Source: Clostridia bacterium
GTDB taxonomy: Bacteria > Bacillota > Clostridia > RGIG6154
Direction: 5' to 3'
Assembly: GCA_045589295.1 (NCBI GenBank)
Contig: JAZNOU010000008.1
Coordinates: 1 to 55,410 of the forward strand
Length of the DNA stretch: 55,410 bases
The notes beneath the pieces were generated by a model. The model was not told the origin of the DNA and did not search any database. It worked only from the letters and a program-made list of their open reading frames with translations. Positions 9,543-18,389 of this stretch are shown one piece after another. The number at the start of each line of letters is the position of its first letter. The first letter of the stretch is position 1. Both the position numbers and the translations under genes were made by a program.

Positions 9543-12482
9543 ATGCAAAAGAAAATAAGTGAGTTAAATATGTTATCTTTTGAAGAGGAATGCATATTGA
9601 AAAACCAATTTAATAATACTTCTGCAGACTACCCAAGGGATAAGTGCGTCCATCAGTTGTTTGAAGAACAAGTATTGAAAACACCGGAGAAGACTGCGCT
9701 TATTGCTTGTGATAAAACACTAACATATGATGAACTGAATAAACTTTCAAATAGAATTGCGAATAGCTTAATCGAAAAAGGGGTTAAGGCAAATGATATT
9801 GTTGCCTTTGCTCTGCCGAGAACGAGTTTTCTGATTGCAGTTATGTTTGGCATACTTAAAGTAGGTAGCGCGTACATGCCGATTGATCCTAATTATCCTC
9901 AGGACAGAATCGATTTCATGCTTGAAGATAGCAGTGCAAAATTCTTTATTACTGAAAGCAATTTAAATGAATTTATTTCAGACAATGAAGAAAAACCTAA
10001 TGCTAAAGTTTCGTCTGATAATTATTGCTACTGTATTTACACATCGGGTAGTACCGGGAAACCAAAGGGAGCATTATTGTATCACAAAAACATTGTAAAT
10101 CTCGTTAAGAAACTTGATTTATATAGCAATATAGACGAAATCAAGATATTCGGATTTTTAACAACAATTACTTTTGATGTTGCAACACAAGAAATATTGA
10201 CAGCATTATTGAATGGTTTTACAGGTGTGCTATTTCCTGAAAGACGAGAAACTCATGTTAATGAAATTATAAACTTAATTCAAGCAAACAATATCGATAT
10301 TATATATGCAACACCATCATATTTTGATACAATTACTTCTGTTGAAACGGCTGCAAAAAAATTGTTATCTCTATTGAAAACGGTTGTATTAGCTGGCGAA
10401 CAATTTTATCTTAACGATATAGTAGAAAAATTAAGTAAAAGCTGCAATGTGGTTTTTGAAAATCAATATGGTCCGGCGGAAACTCACGTTGTAACAAGTG
10501 CTCATATATATGTGAATAAAACAAAGAAAATTTGTGAACTTAATATCTTATCAAAAAAAGAAAAAAATACTCTTCTTTACGATTTTAATAATACTTCTGC
10601 AGACTACCCAAGGGATAAGTGCGTCCATCAGTTGTTTGAAGAACAAGTATTGAAAACACCGGAGAAGACTGCGCTTATTGCATGTGATAAAACTCTTACT
10701 TATGATGAATTGAATAAACTTTCAAACAGAATTGCAAACAGTTTAATTGAAAAAGGCATTAAGGCAAATGATATTGTTGCCTTTGCTCTGCCGAGAACGA
10801 GTTTTCTGATTGCAGTTATGTTTGGTATACTTAAAGCAGGTAGCGCGTATATGCCTATTGATCCTAATTACCCGCAGGACAGAATCGATTTTATGCTTAA
10901 CGATAGCAATGCGAAATTCTTTATTAATGAAAGCAACTTAATTGAATTTATTACAGATGACGAAGACAATCCGAATGTAGAAATTACATCTGATAATTAC
11001 TGTTATTGCATTTATACATCAGGTTCTACTGGCGTTCCAAAAGCGACAGTAATAAAGCATTACAGTTTAGTAAATTATTGTTTTAGAAATTATGCAAATG
11101 AAATCATAAATGTAATTAATGACCTAAATTGTCAGAACATAATTTGCATAAACAATGTATGTTTTGATGCCTTTGTGGACGAAACATTTTTATTTTTGTT
11201 AGATGGAAAAACTGTGATTTTAGCTAATGAGAAGCAAATATCTAACTCTGACTATTTTGAAGACTTGGTTCGTACACATAATATTGATGTGATTTCAACT
11301 ACCCCATCTAAATTCAAGGTCTTGGTTAAAAGTCCTGTTCCATTTAAACTTGTGGTGCAAGGTGGCGAAGAATTGACTATTGAACACATCAATTATATTA
11401 ATAAATATTCGAACTCAGTTATTTTTAATACATATGGACCAACAGAAACCACAGTCGGTTGTACATGTGCATGTTCTGATTGTAAATTAAATGAAGCCAA
11501 AAAAATAACTGAACTTGCTATTTTGTCTGAAAAAGAAAAGAATACTCTTCTTTTCGACTTTAACGACACAAAAGCAGATTACCCAAGGGATAAGTGCGTC
11601 CATCAGTTATTTGAGGAACAAGTATTGAAAACACCTGATAAAACTGCTGTTATCGCCTGTGATAAAACCCTTTCGTATGATGAACTGAATAAACTTTCAA
11701 ACAGAATTGCAAACAGCTTAATCGAAAAAGGGGTTAAGGCAAATGATATTGTTGCCATTGCTTTGCCGAGAACGAGTTTTCTGATTGCAGCTATTCTTGG
11801 TATACTCAAATCAGGAGCAGCTTATATGCCAATTGATCCTAACTATCCTCAGGACAGGATAGATTATATGATTCAAGATAGTGGTTCAAAATTGTTTATT
11901 ACAGAAAACAATTTAAAAGAATTTATTTCTACTAATGAGAGCAACTCATCTAAATATGTGGCTGCAGAAAATTTTTATTGTGTTATATATACATCAGGGA
12001 GCACGGGAAGACCTAAAGGATGTATCTTGACACATAAAGGAATTGCGAATTTTTGTTTAAATAATAATGTAGTCAATTATGCCGAAAAAAATAACATTAA
12101 TTTAATAGGTGCATCTGTAAATAATGTTACATTTGATTATTTTATTGCAGAGAATATCGTGCTGTTATTACGAGGACATACAACCTTGTTATGCGATGAT
12201 AATTCTTGCATAAATTCAGCGCTATTTGCAAATTTGTGTAAAAAATATAATGTAAATATTATGCAGACAACACCTACAAAATATAGAATTCTCGCGGAAC
12301 CATTCCCCGAAATACTGAAAAAGATGGAAATTATCGTAACAAGCGGTGAACCTTTAACGGATGAATTATACTGTTTTATGGTAGAAAATTCAAATGCAAA
12401 AATATTTAATCCTCTCGGTCCTAGTGAGTGTTCTGTTTGGGATTTGGGCGGAGATATGCATTGGGAGGGATATTCAAGATGA
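9543..12482 (+). CDS. Protein of three tandem N-terminal adenylation-domain halves (motifs A1-A5 only)
   Basis: AGAGGT RBS and ATG 9543. Three times L(T/S)YDELN / YTSGSTG.PK / FD / (Y/L)GP.E; no A6-A10, PCP or C between units. Confidence 0.88.
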   Translation: MQKKISELNMLSFEEECILKNQFNNTSADYPRDKCVHQLFEEQVLKTPEKTALIACDKTLTYDELNKLSNRIANSLIEKGVKANDIVAFALPRTSFLIAVMFGILKVGSAYMPIDPNYPQDRIDFMLEDSSAKFFITESNLNEFISDNEEKPNAKVSSDNYCYCIYTSGSTGKPKGALLYHKNIVNLVKKLDLYSNIDEIKIFGFLTTITFDVATQEILTALLNGFTGVLFPERRETHVNEIINLIQANNIDIIYATPSYFDTITSVETAAKKLLSLLKTVVLAGEQFYLNDIVEKLSKSCNVVFENQYGPAETHVVTSAHIYVNKTKKICELNILSKKEKNTLLYDFNNTSADYPRDKCVHQLFEEQVLKTPEKTALIACDKTLTYDELNKLSNRIANSLIEKGIKANDIVAFALPRTSFLIAVMFGILKAGSAYMPIDPNYPQDRIDFMLNDSNAKFFINESNLIEFITDDEDNPNVEITSDNYCYCIYTSGSTGVPKATVIKHYSLVNYCFRNYANEIINVINDLNCQNIICINNVCFDAFVDETFLFLLDGKTVILANEKQISNSDYFEDLVRTHNIDVISTTPSKFKVLVKSPVPFKLVVQGGEELTIEHINYINKYSNSVIFNTYGPTETTVGCTCACSDCKLNEAKKITELAILSEKEKNTLLFDFNDTKADYPRDKCVHQLFEEQVLKTPDKTAVIACDKTLSYDELNKLSNRIANSLIEKGVKANDIVAIALPRTSFLIAAILGILKSGAAYMPIDPNYPQDRIDYMIQDSGSKLFITENNLKEFISTNESNSSKYVAAENFYCVIYTSGSTGRPKGCILTHKGIANFCLNNNVVNYAEKNNINLIGASVNNVTFDYFIAENIVLLLRGHTTLLCDDNSCINSALFANLCKKYNVNIMQTTPTKYRILAEPFPEILKKMEIIVTSGEPLTDELYCFMVENSNAKIFNPLGPSECSVWDLGGDMHWEGYSR
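9609..12020 (+). repeat. Three-copy direct repeat, period 975 bp; conserved ~0.45-kb 5' block of each unit
   Basis: acccaagggataagtgcgtccatcagtt at 9631, 10606, 11581; A3 motif acatc at 10041, 11016, 11991. Confidence 0.9.
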
Positions 12483-13099
12483 ATGATGATCAAAAATTTA
12501 TTTATAAAAAGTTAAGAGAAGAAGTTATGGATTTGGTTAAGAGACAGGATACTTATTTGCTTGCAGCATACACCATAACAATTACTATATGGACAGTAGC
12601 TGTTGAAAGAAATAATCCATGGATTGCATTATTACCATTATTTATTTTGTTTGTAATATCTTTAAGAATATGTGATTTTAGAGATAGTTCTGCCTTTCTA
12701 TCTGCATATATTTCCATCTGGTTAGAGAAAAAGCCTGGAATTGGTTGGTCTTATACGAGAGAAAAGTATTTTGAAATAATAAAGAACAAAGAAAGAACCA
12801 AAAGGAATATTTGGATACGATTATTAGACAAAACAGGTAAATATCTTTCACGAATGAGTCTTTGCGTGTTGAGCATTGTTAGTATTGCTCTCTTTTGGAA
12901 AATGCGTGAATCCCATTTTGACAGTTGTCAAAATATCTTTAAAAATATGTTAATTGTGAGTATTCAGTTGATTGTTCTGATAATTCAAATATATAAGTGG
13001 TGTAAATATGTTGATACTACTGAAGTTAAAAAAGAATATATGGACAACTGGAAAACTGTATGTAATATAATAATACAAGAGGAAAAAGAGGAGCATTAA
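12479..13099 (+). CDS. Multi-pass (about 4 TM) membrane protein of unknown function
   Basis: GGAGGG RBS, ATGA overlap with upstream stop; two pairs of hydrophobic segments. Confidence 0.75.
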   Translation: MNDDQKFIYKKLREEVMDLVKRQDTYLLAAYTITITIWTVAVERNNPWIALLPLFILFVISLRICDFRDSSAFLSAYISIWLEKKPGIGWSYTREKYFEIIKNKERTKRNIWIRLLDKTGKYLSRMSLCVLSIVSIALFWKMRESHFDSCQNIFKNMLIVSIQLIVLIIQIYKWCKYVDTTEVKKEYMDNWKTVCNIIIQEEKEEH

Positions 13100-13101
13100 A
13101 A

Positions 13102-15132
13102 ATGATAGATATACATATCGGCAAGCCAATTGCCAACACACAAATTTACATAGTTGATAAATATATGAACATTGTTCCAATTGGTGTTACAGGAGAACTT
13201 TGTATTGCCGGAGACGGAGTCGGTGCTGGATATTTAAATAGACCTGAACTGACTGCAGAAAAGTTTATTGACAACCCCTTTGGTGAGGGTAAATTGTACA
13301 AAACTGGAGACCTTGCATATTGGCGTGAAGATGGTAATATTGCATATGTTGGCAGAAATGACTTTCAAGTTAAGATAAGAGGTTTAAGAATAGAACTTGG
13401 TGAAATTGAAAGTGCCATAGATTCTGTGGAAGGTGTTTCACAGGCTGTTGTTGTGGTGCGTAAAGATGAAAATGGCAGACAACTTATCTGTGCTTTTTAC
13501 ACCCAAAAGCAAGAGGTAGAATTGGTTGATATTAAGAAATCTATATTGGATAAACTCCCTAAATATATGATGCCACATATATTCACAGTTTTAGAGGAAA
13601 TGCCTTTAACTCCGAGCGGAAAAATTAACAGAAAGGCGTTGCCGGAGGTTGATTTAACCAACATTTCAAATGATGTAGAATATATAAAACCTCAAACCCA
13701 TATGCAGATAGCTCTTGCATCAATTATGGAAAATGTATTGAATTATTCTCCAATTGGACTAAATGATAATTTCTTTGATTTAGGCGGAGATTCGTTAAAA
13801 GCGATAGAATTCGTATCAAAAGCACATGGTGAAGGTATATATTTTAATCTTCAAGATGTTTTTGATAATCTAACTCTTGAACAATTGTGTGAAAGTATAG
13901 AAAACAACGATAAACAAAACGTTTCCTTTGCGGATGTCGATTTCACAAAAATCAATAAGATTTTATCTAAAAACAAGACAGAAAACATAAGTGTATCCAA
14001 AAGAAACGAAGTTGGAAATATTCTTCTTGCAGGAGCAACAGGCTTTTTAGGCATGCACTTGCTTTCCGATTTCCTTTATAATGACACCGGAATTGCATAT
14101 TGCCTTGTACGTGGCATTGATACAAAATCTGCAAAAGAGAGATTCTATGAATTATTGCATTTCTATTTTGGAGAAAAATATGATAATAGTGACAGAATAG
14201 TTGTTATTTGTGCAGACTTACATAAAGAAAAATTTGATTTGACTGACACAGAATATAACATGTTGCTTTCAAATATTGACACTGTAATAAATGCAGCCGC
14301 AACAGTTAAACACTATGGCTCTTACGAATATTTCTATGAAGCAAATGTTGAAACCGTACATCAGTTGATTGACTTCTGCAAAAAATCAAATGCCAAACTT
14401 ATTCATACATCAACATTAAGTGTTTCAGGCAACAGCTTTGAAGAATATGAAAATAACAACGAAATGCGTTTTGGAGAAGATAATTTGTATATTGGACAAC
14501 CTCTTGATAATGTGTATGCGCGCAGCAAATTTGAGGCAGAAAAAGCAGTTCTTGAGGCTATGAGTGATGGTTTGCATGCAAACATCATGCGAATGGGTTT
14601 TCTTTCAAACCGTTATAGCGATTCTGTGTTCCAGAGGAACTATGAAAGCAATGCTTTCTTAAAGCGTATTATGGCTATTATCAAACTTGGAATGATACCA
14701 AAAAGTTTTGAGCAAATGCCAATTGAATTTACTCCCATTGATTTAGCGGCAAATGCAGTTATGATAATTACAAGGAATTTTAATAATTACTTTAATGTAT
14801 TTCATATCTGCAATGTAAAAACCATTCCTATGGGACAAGTGATTAACTATTTGCAGGAACTCGGTATAAAGGTCAATGTGATTGAAGATGTTGAGTTTTA
14901 CGATACTTTAAAAAATATTAAGCAAAATAATGAAAATAGCAATATTTTTGAGGTGTTTGCAAACGATTTTAAAGACGGCAACAAATTGGATTATTCAAGT
15001 AAAATAGTTCTTGATAATGACTTCTCTGTTGAGTATTTAAAACAACTTGGTTTTGAATGGTCTGATATTGATTTTGAGTATATAAAGAGATATATTGAAT
15101 ATTTCAAAAAAATTGGGTATTTGGAGGTGTAA
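13102..15132 (+). CDS. NRPS: C-terminal half of adenylation domain (A6-A10) + PCP + thioester reductase
   Basis: Starts IGKPIANTQIYI; GELCIAGDGVGAGY, YKTGDL, GRNDFQVKIRGLRIELGEIE, PSGKINR; FFDLGGDSL; GATGFLG and YARSK; GAGGAG RBS. Confidence 0.92.
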   Translation: MIDIHIGKPIANTQIYIVDKYMNIVPIGVTGELCIAGDGVGAGYLNRPELTAEKFIDNPFGEGKLYKTGDLAYWREDGNIAYVGRNDFQVKIRGLRIELGEIESAIDSVEGVSQAVVVVRKDENGRQLICAFYTQKQEVELVDIKKSILDKLPKYMMPHIFTVLEEMPLTPSGKINRKALPEVDLTNISNDVEYIKPQTHMQIALASIMENVLNYSPIGLNDNFFDLGGDSLKAIEFVSKAHGEGIYFNLQDVFDNLTLEQLCESIENNDKQNVSFADVDFTKINKILSKNKTENISVSKRNEVGNILLAGATGFLGMHLLSDFLYNDTGIAYCLVRGIDTKSAKERFYELLHFYFGEKYDNSDRIVVICADLHKEKFDLTDTEYNMLLSNIDTVINAAATVKHYGSYEYFYEANVETVHQLIDFCKKSNAKLIHTSTLSVSGNSFEEYENNNEMRFGEDNLYIGQPLDNVYARSKFEAEKAVLEAMSDGLHANIMRMGFLSNRYSDSVFQRNYESNAFLKRIMAIIKLGMIPKSFEQMPIEFTPIDLAANAVMIITRNFNNYFNVFHICNVKTIPMGQVINYLQELGIKVNVIEDVEFYDTLKNIKQNNENSNIFEVFANDFKDGNKLDYSSKIVLDNDFSVEYLKQLGFEWSDIDFEYIKRYIEYFKKIGYLEV

Positions 15133-15134
15133 AA

Positions 15135-15896
15135 ATGAATGCAAATAATACTACTAAAAACAAACATAAATTAAGCTACTCAGAAAAAATACAAATAAGT
15201 ATCAGCATAGTAACTTTATTAGTTACAATATTGGCTTTCTGTATTTCCTTGTCTTCTTTAAGAATAGCAGAAAATAGTTATGAGTACGCTACCGCAGACT
15301 TTACACTTACTCCTAAAGTAGAGAAAATAGGAAACAACTTGATGATTAGTAACCCAGATATTGATTTGTTCGAAATCACAGGTATAAGTGTAAATGGATA
15401 TGAACGTTGGCGTATATACGGAGAACAATCTTCTGATACATTGATGTTTAATATATTCACATACAATCAAAATATTTCTGATAAAAATATACCTAATTTA
15501 AATGAAGTGAATGTTGATTTAAATTATGTGTATCAAAATGAGGGGGAAATCTCTATAAGTGAAGACGAACAACAAAAATTTGAGACAGCATATGATGTTA
15601 ATATTGCTAATTTGCAAGGAAAAGCTGAAATGCAATTTAGAGATAAAATCTATGAAATAGATGTCGAGTACACAAACAAAAATAGTTATCATCGAGAGAT
15701 AGCAGAGCTCAATGTAATACTAGATGGTAATGGAAATGTTGATAAAATAACAATTACTGATCATTTTAGCTATAGACATACCGTTTTTAATTTGGCCGAT
15801 AACTATAAAGATTTCAGTTTGGCTTGGCAAGATGTTATAACACATGTTGAATCGCTATCACAACGACCTGCCTGGGTGCCATATGAACAAGAATAA
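15135..15896 (+). CDS. Hypothetical protein with N-terminal transmembrane anchor
   Basis: GGAGGTG RBS, 2-bp gap after NRPS; hydrophobic IQISISIVTLLVTILAFCISL. Confidence 0.7.
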   Translation: MNANNTTKNKHKLSYSEKIQISISIVTLLVTILAFCISLSSLRIAENSYEYATADFTLTPKVEKIGNNLMISNPDIDLFEITGISVNGYERWRIYGEQSSDTLMFNIFTYNQNISDKNIPNLNEVNVDLNYVYQNEGEISISEDEQQKFETAYDVNIANLQGKAEMQFRDKIYEIDVEYTNKNSYHREIAELNVILDGNGNVDKITITDHFSYRHTVFNLADNYKDFSLAWQDVITHVESLSQRPAWVPYEQE

Positions 15897-15899
15897 TAT

Positions 15900-16466
15900 A
15901 TGATATACATAGTAAAAATAGATAAGAGCATTGATGAAAATGTTTTAAAATATCTACTCAGGTTTGTTCAAACGGAAAAACGAGAGCGTATTTTAAAGCA
16001 AAAAGTAAAACAAAATACTGATAATATGCTTATAGGTGAAATTCTTGCAAAAGTAATTATTAAAAAGACTTTTGGCATTGGTATTGCTCAACAAGAATTT
16101 GCTTATACAGAATGTGGGAAACCATACCTGCCTAATCACCCCGATGTTCATTTTAACATCAGCCACTCAGGAGAATATGTTGCTTGTACTGTATCTAATA
16201 AACCTGTTGGAGTTGATATTCAAAAGATTGGCGAATACAATTCTGATGTTGCAAAAAGAGTTTGCAATGAAAAGGAACTTGTTCAAATTGAAAACAGTTT
16301 AGATAGAGCATCGGAATTTACAAAACTATGGGCACAAAAAGAATCAGTTCTGAAAATGTATGGAACTGGTATCGCCGGTGGTGATATTAAAAATTGCCTT
16401 AATAGTTATAATGTTCAATCAGAAAGAGTAGAAGATTATTGGGTGAGTGTTAGTATTTATAATTAA
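15900..16466 (+). CDS. Sfp-type 4'-phosphopantetheinyl transferase
   Basis: GKPY, FNISHSG, GVDIQ, W..KES..K..G motifs. Confidence 0.9.
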   Translation: MIYIVKIDKSIDENVLKYLLRFVQTEKRERILKQKVKQNTDNMLIGEILAKVIIKKTFGIGIAQQEFAYTECGKPYLPNHPDVHFNISHSGEYVACTVSNKPVGVDIQKIGEYNSDVAKRVCNEKELVQIENSLDRASEFTKLWAQKESVLKMYGTGIAGGDIKNCLNSYNVQSERVEDYWVSVSIYN

Positions 16467-16476
16467 TTATAAAGTA

Positions 16477-16510
16477 TAGCTCATATGGAGTTCAATTTCC
16501 ATATGAGCTA
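16477..16510. terminator. Terminator hairpin between convergent genes, ending the NRPS operon
   Basis: tagctcatatgga-gttcaatt-tccatatgagcta 13-bp stem. Confidence 0.7.
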
Positions 16511-16522
16511 CTTATATTTTCC

Positions 16523-17197
16523 TCAATAATAAAGAACAAAATGAAATTTGTCGTTTTCATTTCCTAAAAAAATAAAATTATAGTTTTGAGTTCTGTTTTT
16601 TATCAGATTAAGGGTTCGCTCTTTATAGGAATATGCCTCATAATTATATTCTAAATCAATTGTGCGGGTAGGATCCTTGGTTCTGATTAAAAAAGGAAAA
16701 TAGAGCAACTTTCTTTCGTCGACTAATGGATATGCACCGTTCCCTTTACCAAGTTGAATTAACTGAGAGAATGACTTGACACAATTAAACCATCCTATAA
16801 CAAAGGCAACCTTTCCCTTGTTTCCTGCATCAATCTCATCCATTAGCCAATCAAAATCTTGTTGGAAAACACTCCATGTTTTCGTAGCGGTCCATGTATT
16901 TGATGAGGTTTTCCAATTTTTTAAATACTTTATCTCTATTTTAAAATCCTTTTGCTCAACGTATAAATCATGGTTGATTTTTTTCTCCTTTTTAGCTTTA
17001 GAACTCTCGCCAACGGTGTAATGCACTAATTGTTTAAATGGGTACCCCATTCTAACGGTGATATCCATCTCGTTAAACTTTTCGTCAGCTTCTTTCTTCA
17101 ATTTTTCCTGTGTATATCCCTTATAGGAGATATTTAATTCGTCAATAATTAATAAGCATGTTGATACCAAATATTGATCAATTGTAGGTCCTCTCAT
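16523..17197 (-). CDS. Hypothetical protein, possible PD-(D/E)xK nuclease fold
   Basis: GGAGG RBS; HDLYV...KIEIKY motif. Confidence 0.5.
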   Translation of the reverse strand: MRGPTIDQYLVSTCLLIIDELNISYKGYTQEKLKKEADEKFNEMDITVRMGYPFKQLVHYTVGESSKAKKEKKINHDLYVEQKDFKIEIKYLKNWKTSSNTWTATKTWSVFQQDFDWLMDEIDAGNKGKVAFVIGWFNCVKSFSQLIQLGKGNGAYPLVDERKLLYFPFLIRTKDPTRTIDLEYNYEAYSYKERTLNLIKNRTQNYNFIFLGNENDKFHFVLYY

Positions 17198-17283
17198 TTA
17201 CTTTTCCTCCTAGTTTTATTAGAATAGCCATTTCATTACGAAAGTAGTATGTGTAATTTTAAAAATTTATTTATAGGTAAATA

Positions 17284-17341
17284 ATTCCTTCGTTGACTTC
17301 CGCCTCTTCTTGTGGTACTGTTTGTGTTGCAAAGGAGGTGA
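17284..17341 (+). repeat. Promoter+RBS module, copy 2
   Basis: attccttcgTTGACTtccgcctcttcttgTGgTACTGTttgtgttgcaaAGGAGGTGa. Confidence 0.7.
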
Positions 17342-17347
17342 AGTTAA

Positions 17348-17632
17348 GTGAAAGTACTTGAAGAATTTTGGTATGGGAATATCAATCCGCTGGAAAGACC
17401 ATTTCAAAGTCAAAGAAAATTTGACAAGGTATTCAGGTTATTAACCAAAAACGAAGAAGAATTGCTCAAAAACTTAAATGAGCAGGAAAAAGAATTGTTT
17501 AATAAGGTCAAAGTGTGTTATGACGAAATGATACAAATTACAGAATGTCAAACATTCATAAAGGGATTTAAATTAGGAGCAAGGGTCTTTATAGAATGCT
17601 TTGAAAACGATACCGACATATTCGATGAATGA
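17348..17632 (+). CDS. DUF6809-like small protein
   Basis: LEEFWYGNINP N-terminus and F..GFKLGAR C-terminus. Confidence 0.75.
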   Translation: MKVLEEFWYGNINPLERPFQSQRKFDKVFRLLTKNEEELLKNLNEQEKELFNKVKVCYDEMIQITECQTFIKGFKLGARVFIECFENDTDIFDE

Positions 17633-17655
17633 AATTCGAGTATGTCGGTATTTTT
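17611..17655 (+). terminator. Intrinsic terminator
   Basis: taccgacata...tatgtcggta followed by ttttt. Confidence 0.6.
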
Positions 17656-17681
17656 ATATCAAAATGAAAGGAGCGGAACTT

Positions 17682-18230
17682 ATGAAAAAGAAAATAATAT
17701 GTACGGTACTTGCTACAACGAGGTTGCTATCACAAACTGCATCGGTAGCCCCTTGGTGACTCAGTAAATACAGAGTGACATTTGACAACGAACTCGGAAT
17801 CGTGGGAAATGTAACCTTGCAATTCGCATCGGACGGCGGAAACTTTATCAGTCCAATAACCAAAAGATACGGTGAGAGAATCAGCCTTGAAAGTTACATC
17901 CCCATAAAATATGGATACACTTTCCAAGGCTGGTTCACAGACTCACGAACAAAGCAGAATCAGGTAACAACATTTAAATTCACCAAGCCGGATGTTCTCT
18001 ATGCAAAATGGGAAAAGAATCCCGAAGAACCTATAAATCCAAATGACGAAATTATGGCAAAAGACACCTGCTACCTCACAGATGAGGAAACAAAAATGCG
18101 AAATAAAATTATAGAAGAAATGAATAAGGCATACATAGAAGGATTCGGCTATGTAGCACCGGCCAAGACAAAAACAATCATCGTAGACTCAGATGGCGAC
18201 ATAAATAAAATGATCGGCACAATGGAATAA
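17682..18230 (+). pseudogene. Secreted InlB B-repeat (Listeria-Bacteroides repeat) protein with in-frame TGA at codon 26
   Basis: AAGGAG RBS, MKKKIICTVLA signal-like start in frame with ORF 17775-18230; TGA at 17757; P.KYGYTFQGWF...LYAKW repeat motif. Confidence 0.65.
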
Positions 18231-18290
18231 TATTAAAAATAAAAGCGAGCTACACGGGTTTAAACCGCACTTAGTGACATCAATCTTATG

Positions 18291-18322
18291 CAGGTAGGGT
18301 AATTACACCCTACCTGTTTTTT
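18291..18322 (+). terminator. Intrinsic terminator
   Basis: caggtagggt-aattac-accctacctg-tttttt. Confidence 0.75.
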
Positions 18323-18389
18323 GACAACTAAATCTAAAATAAGAAGAGATTTTTAATAATATTAAATGGTATAAATTTCTTGATATATC

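Noticed and set aside
9609-12020. Diversity-generating retroelement or CRISPR interpretation of the repeats
   Set aside because: Repeats are long in-frame coding duplications; no reverse transcriptase, adenine-specific variation, cas genes or short spacer array in the window.
12428-12478. Longer start for the membrane protein given in the ORF track
   Set aside because: Overlaps the A5 coding region; RBS and ATGA coupling support ATG 12479.
10480-13130. Intron, intein or recombination-site joining of the A-domain halves
   Set aside because: No group I/II intron ends, intein motifs, or copies of the dif-like sites were visible at the unit junctions or around 12479-13101.
8311-15132. NRPS as a simple degraded pseudogene
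   Set aside because: No frameshifts or premature stops inside domains, catalytic motifs intact, three units truncated at the same point, and every piece has an RBS with tight coupling. Not formally excluded without homologues.
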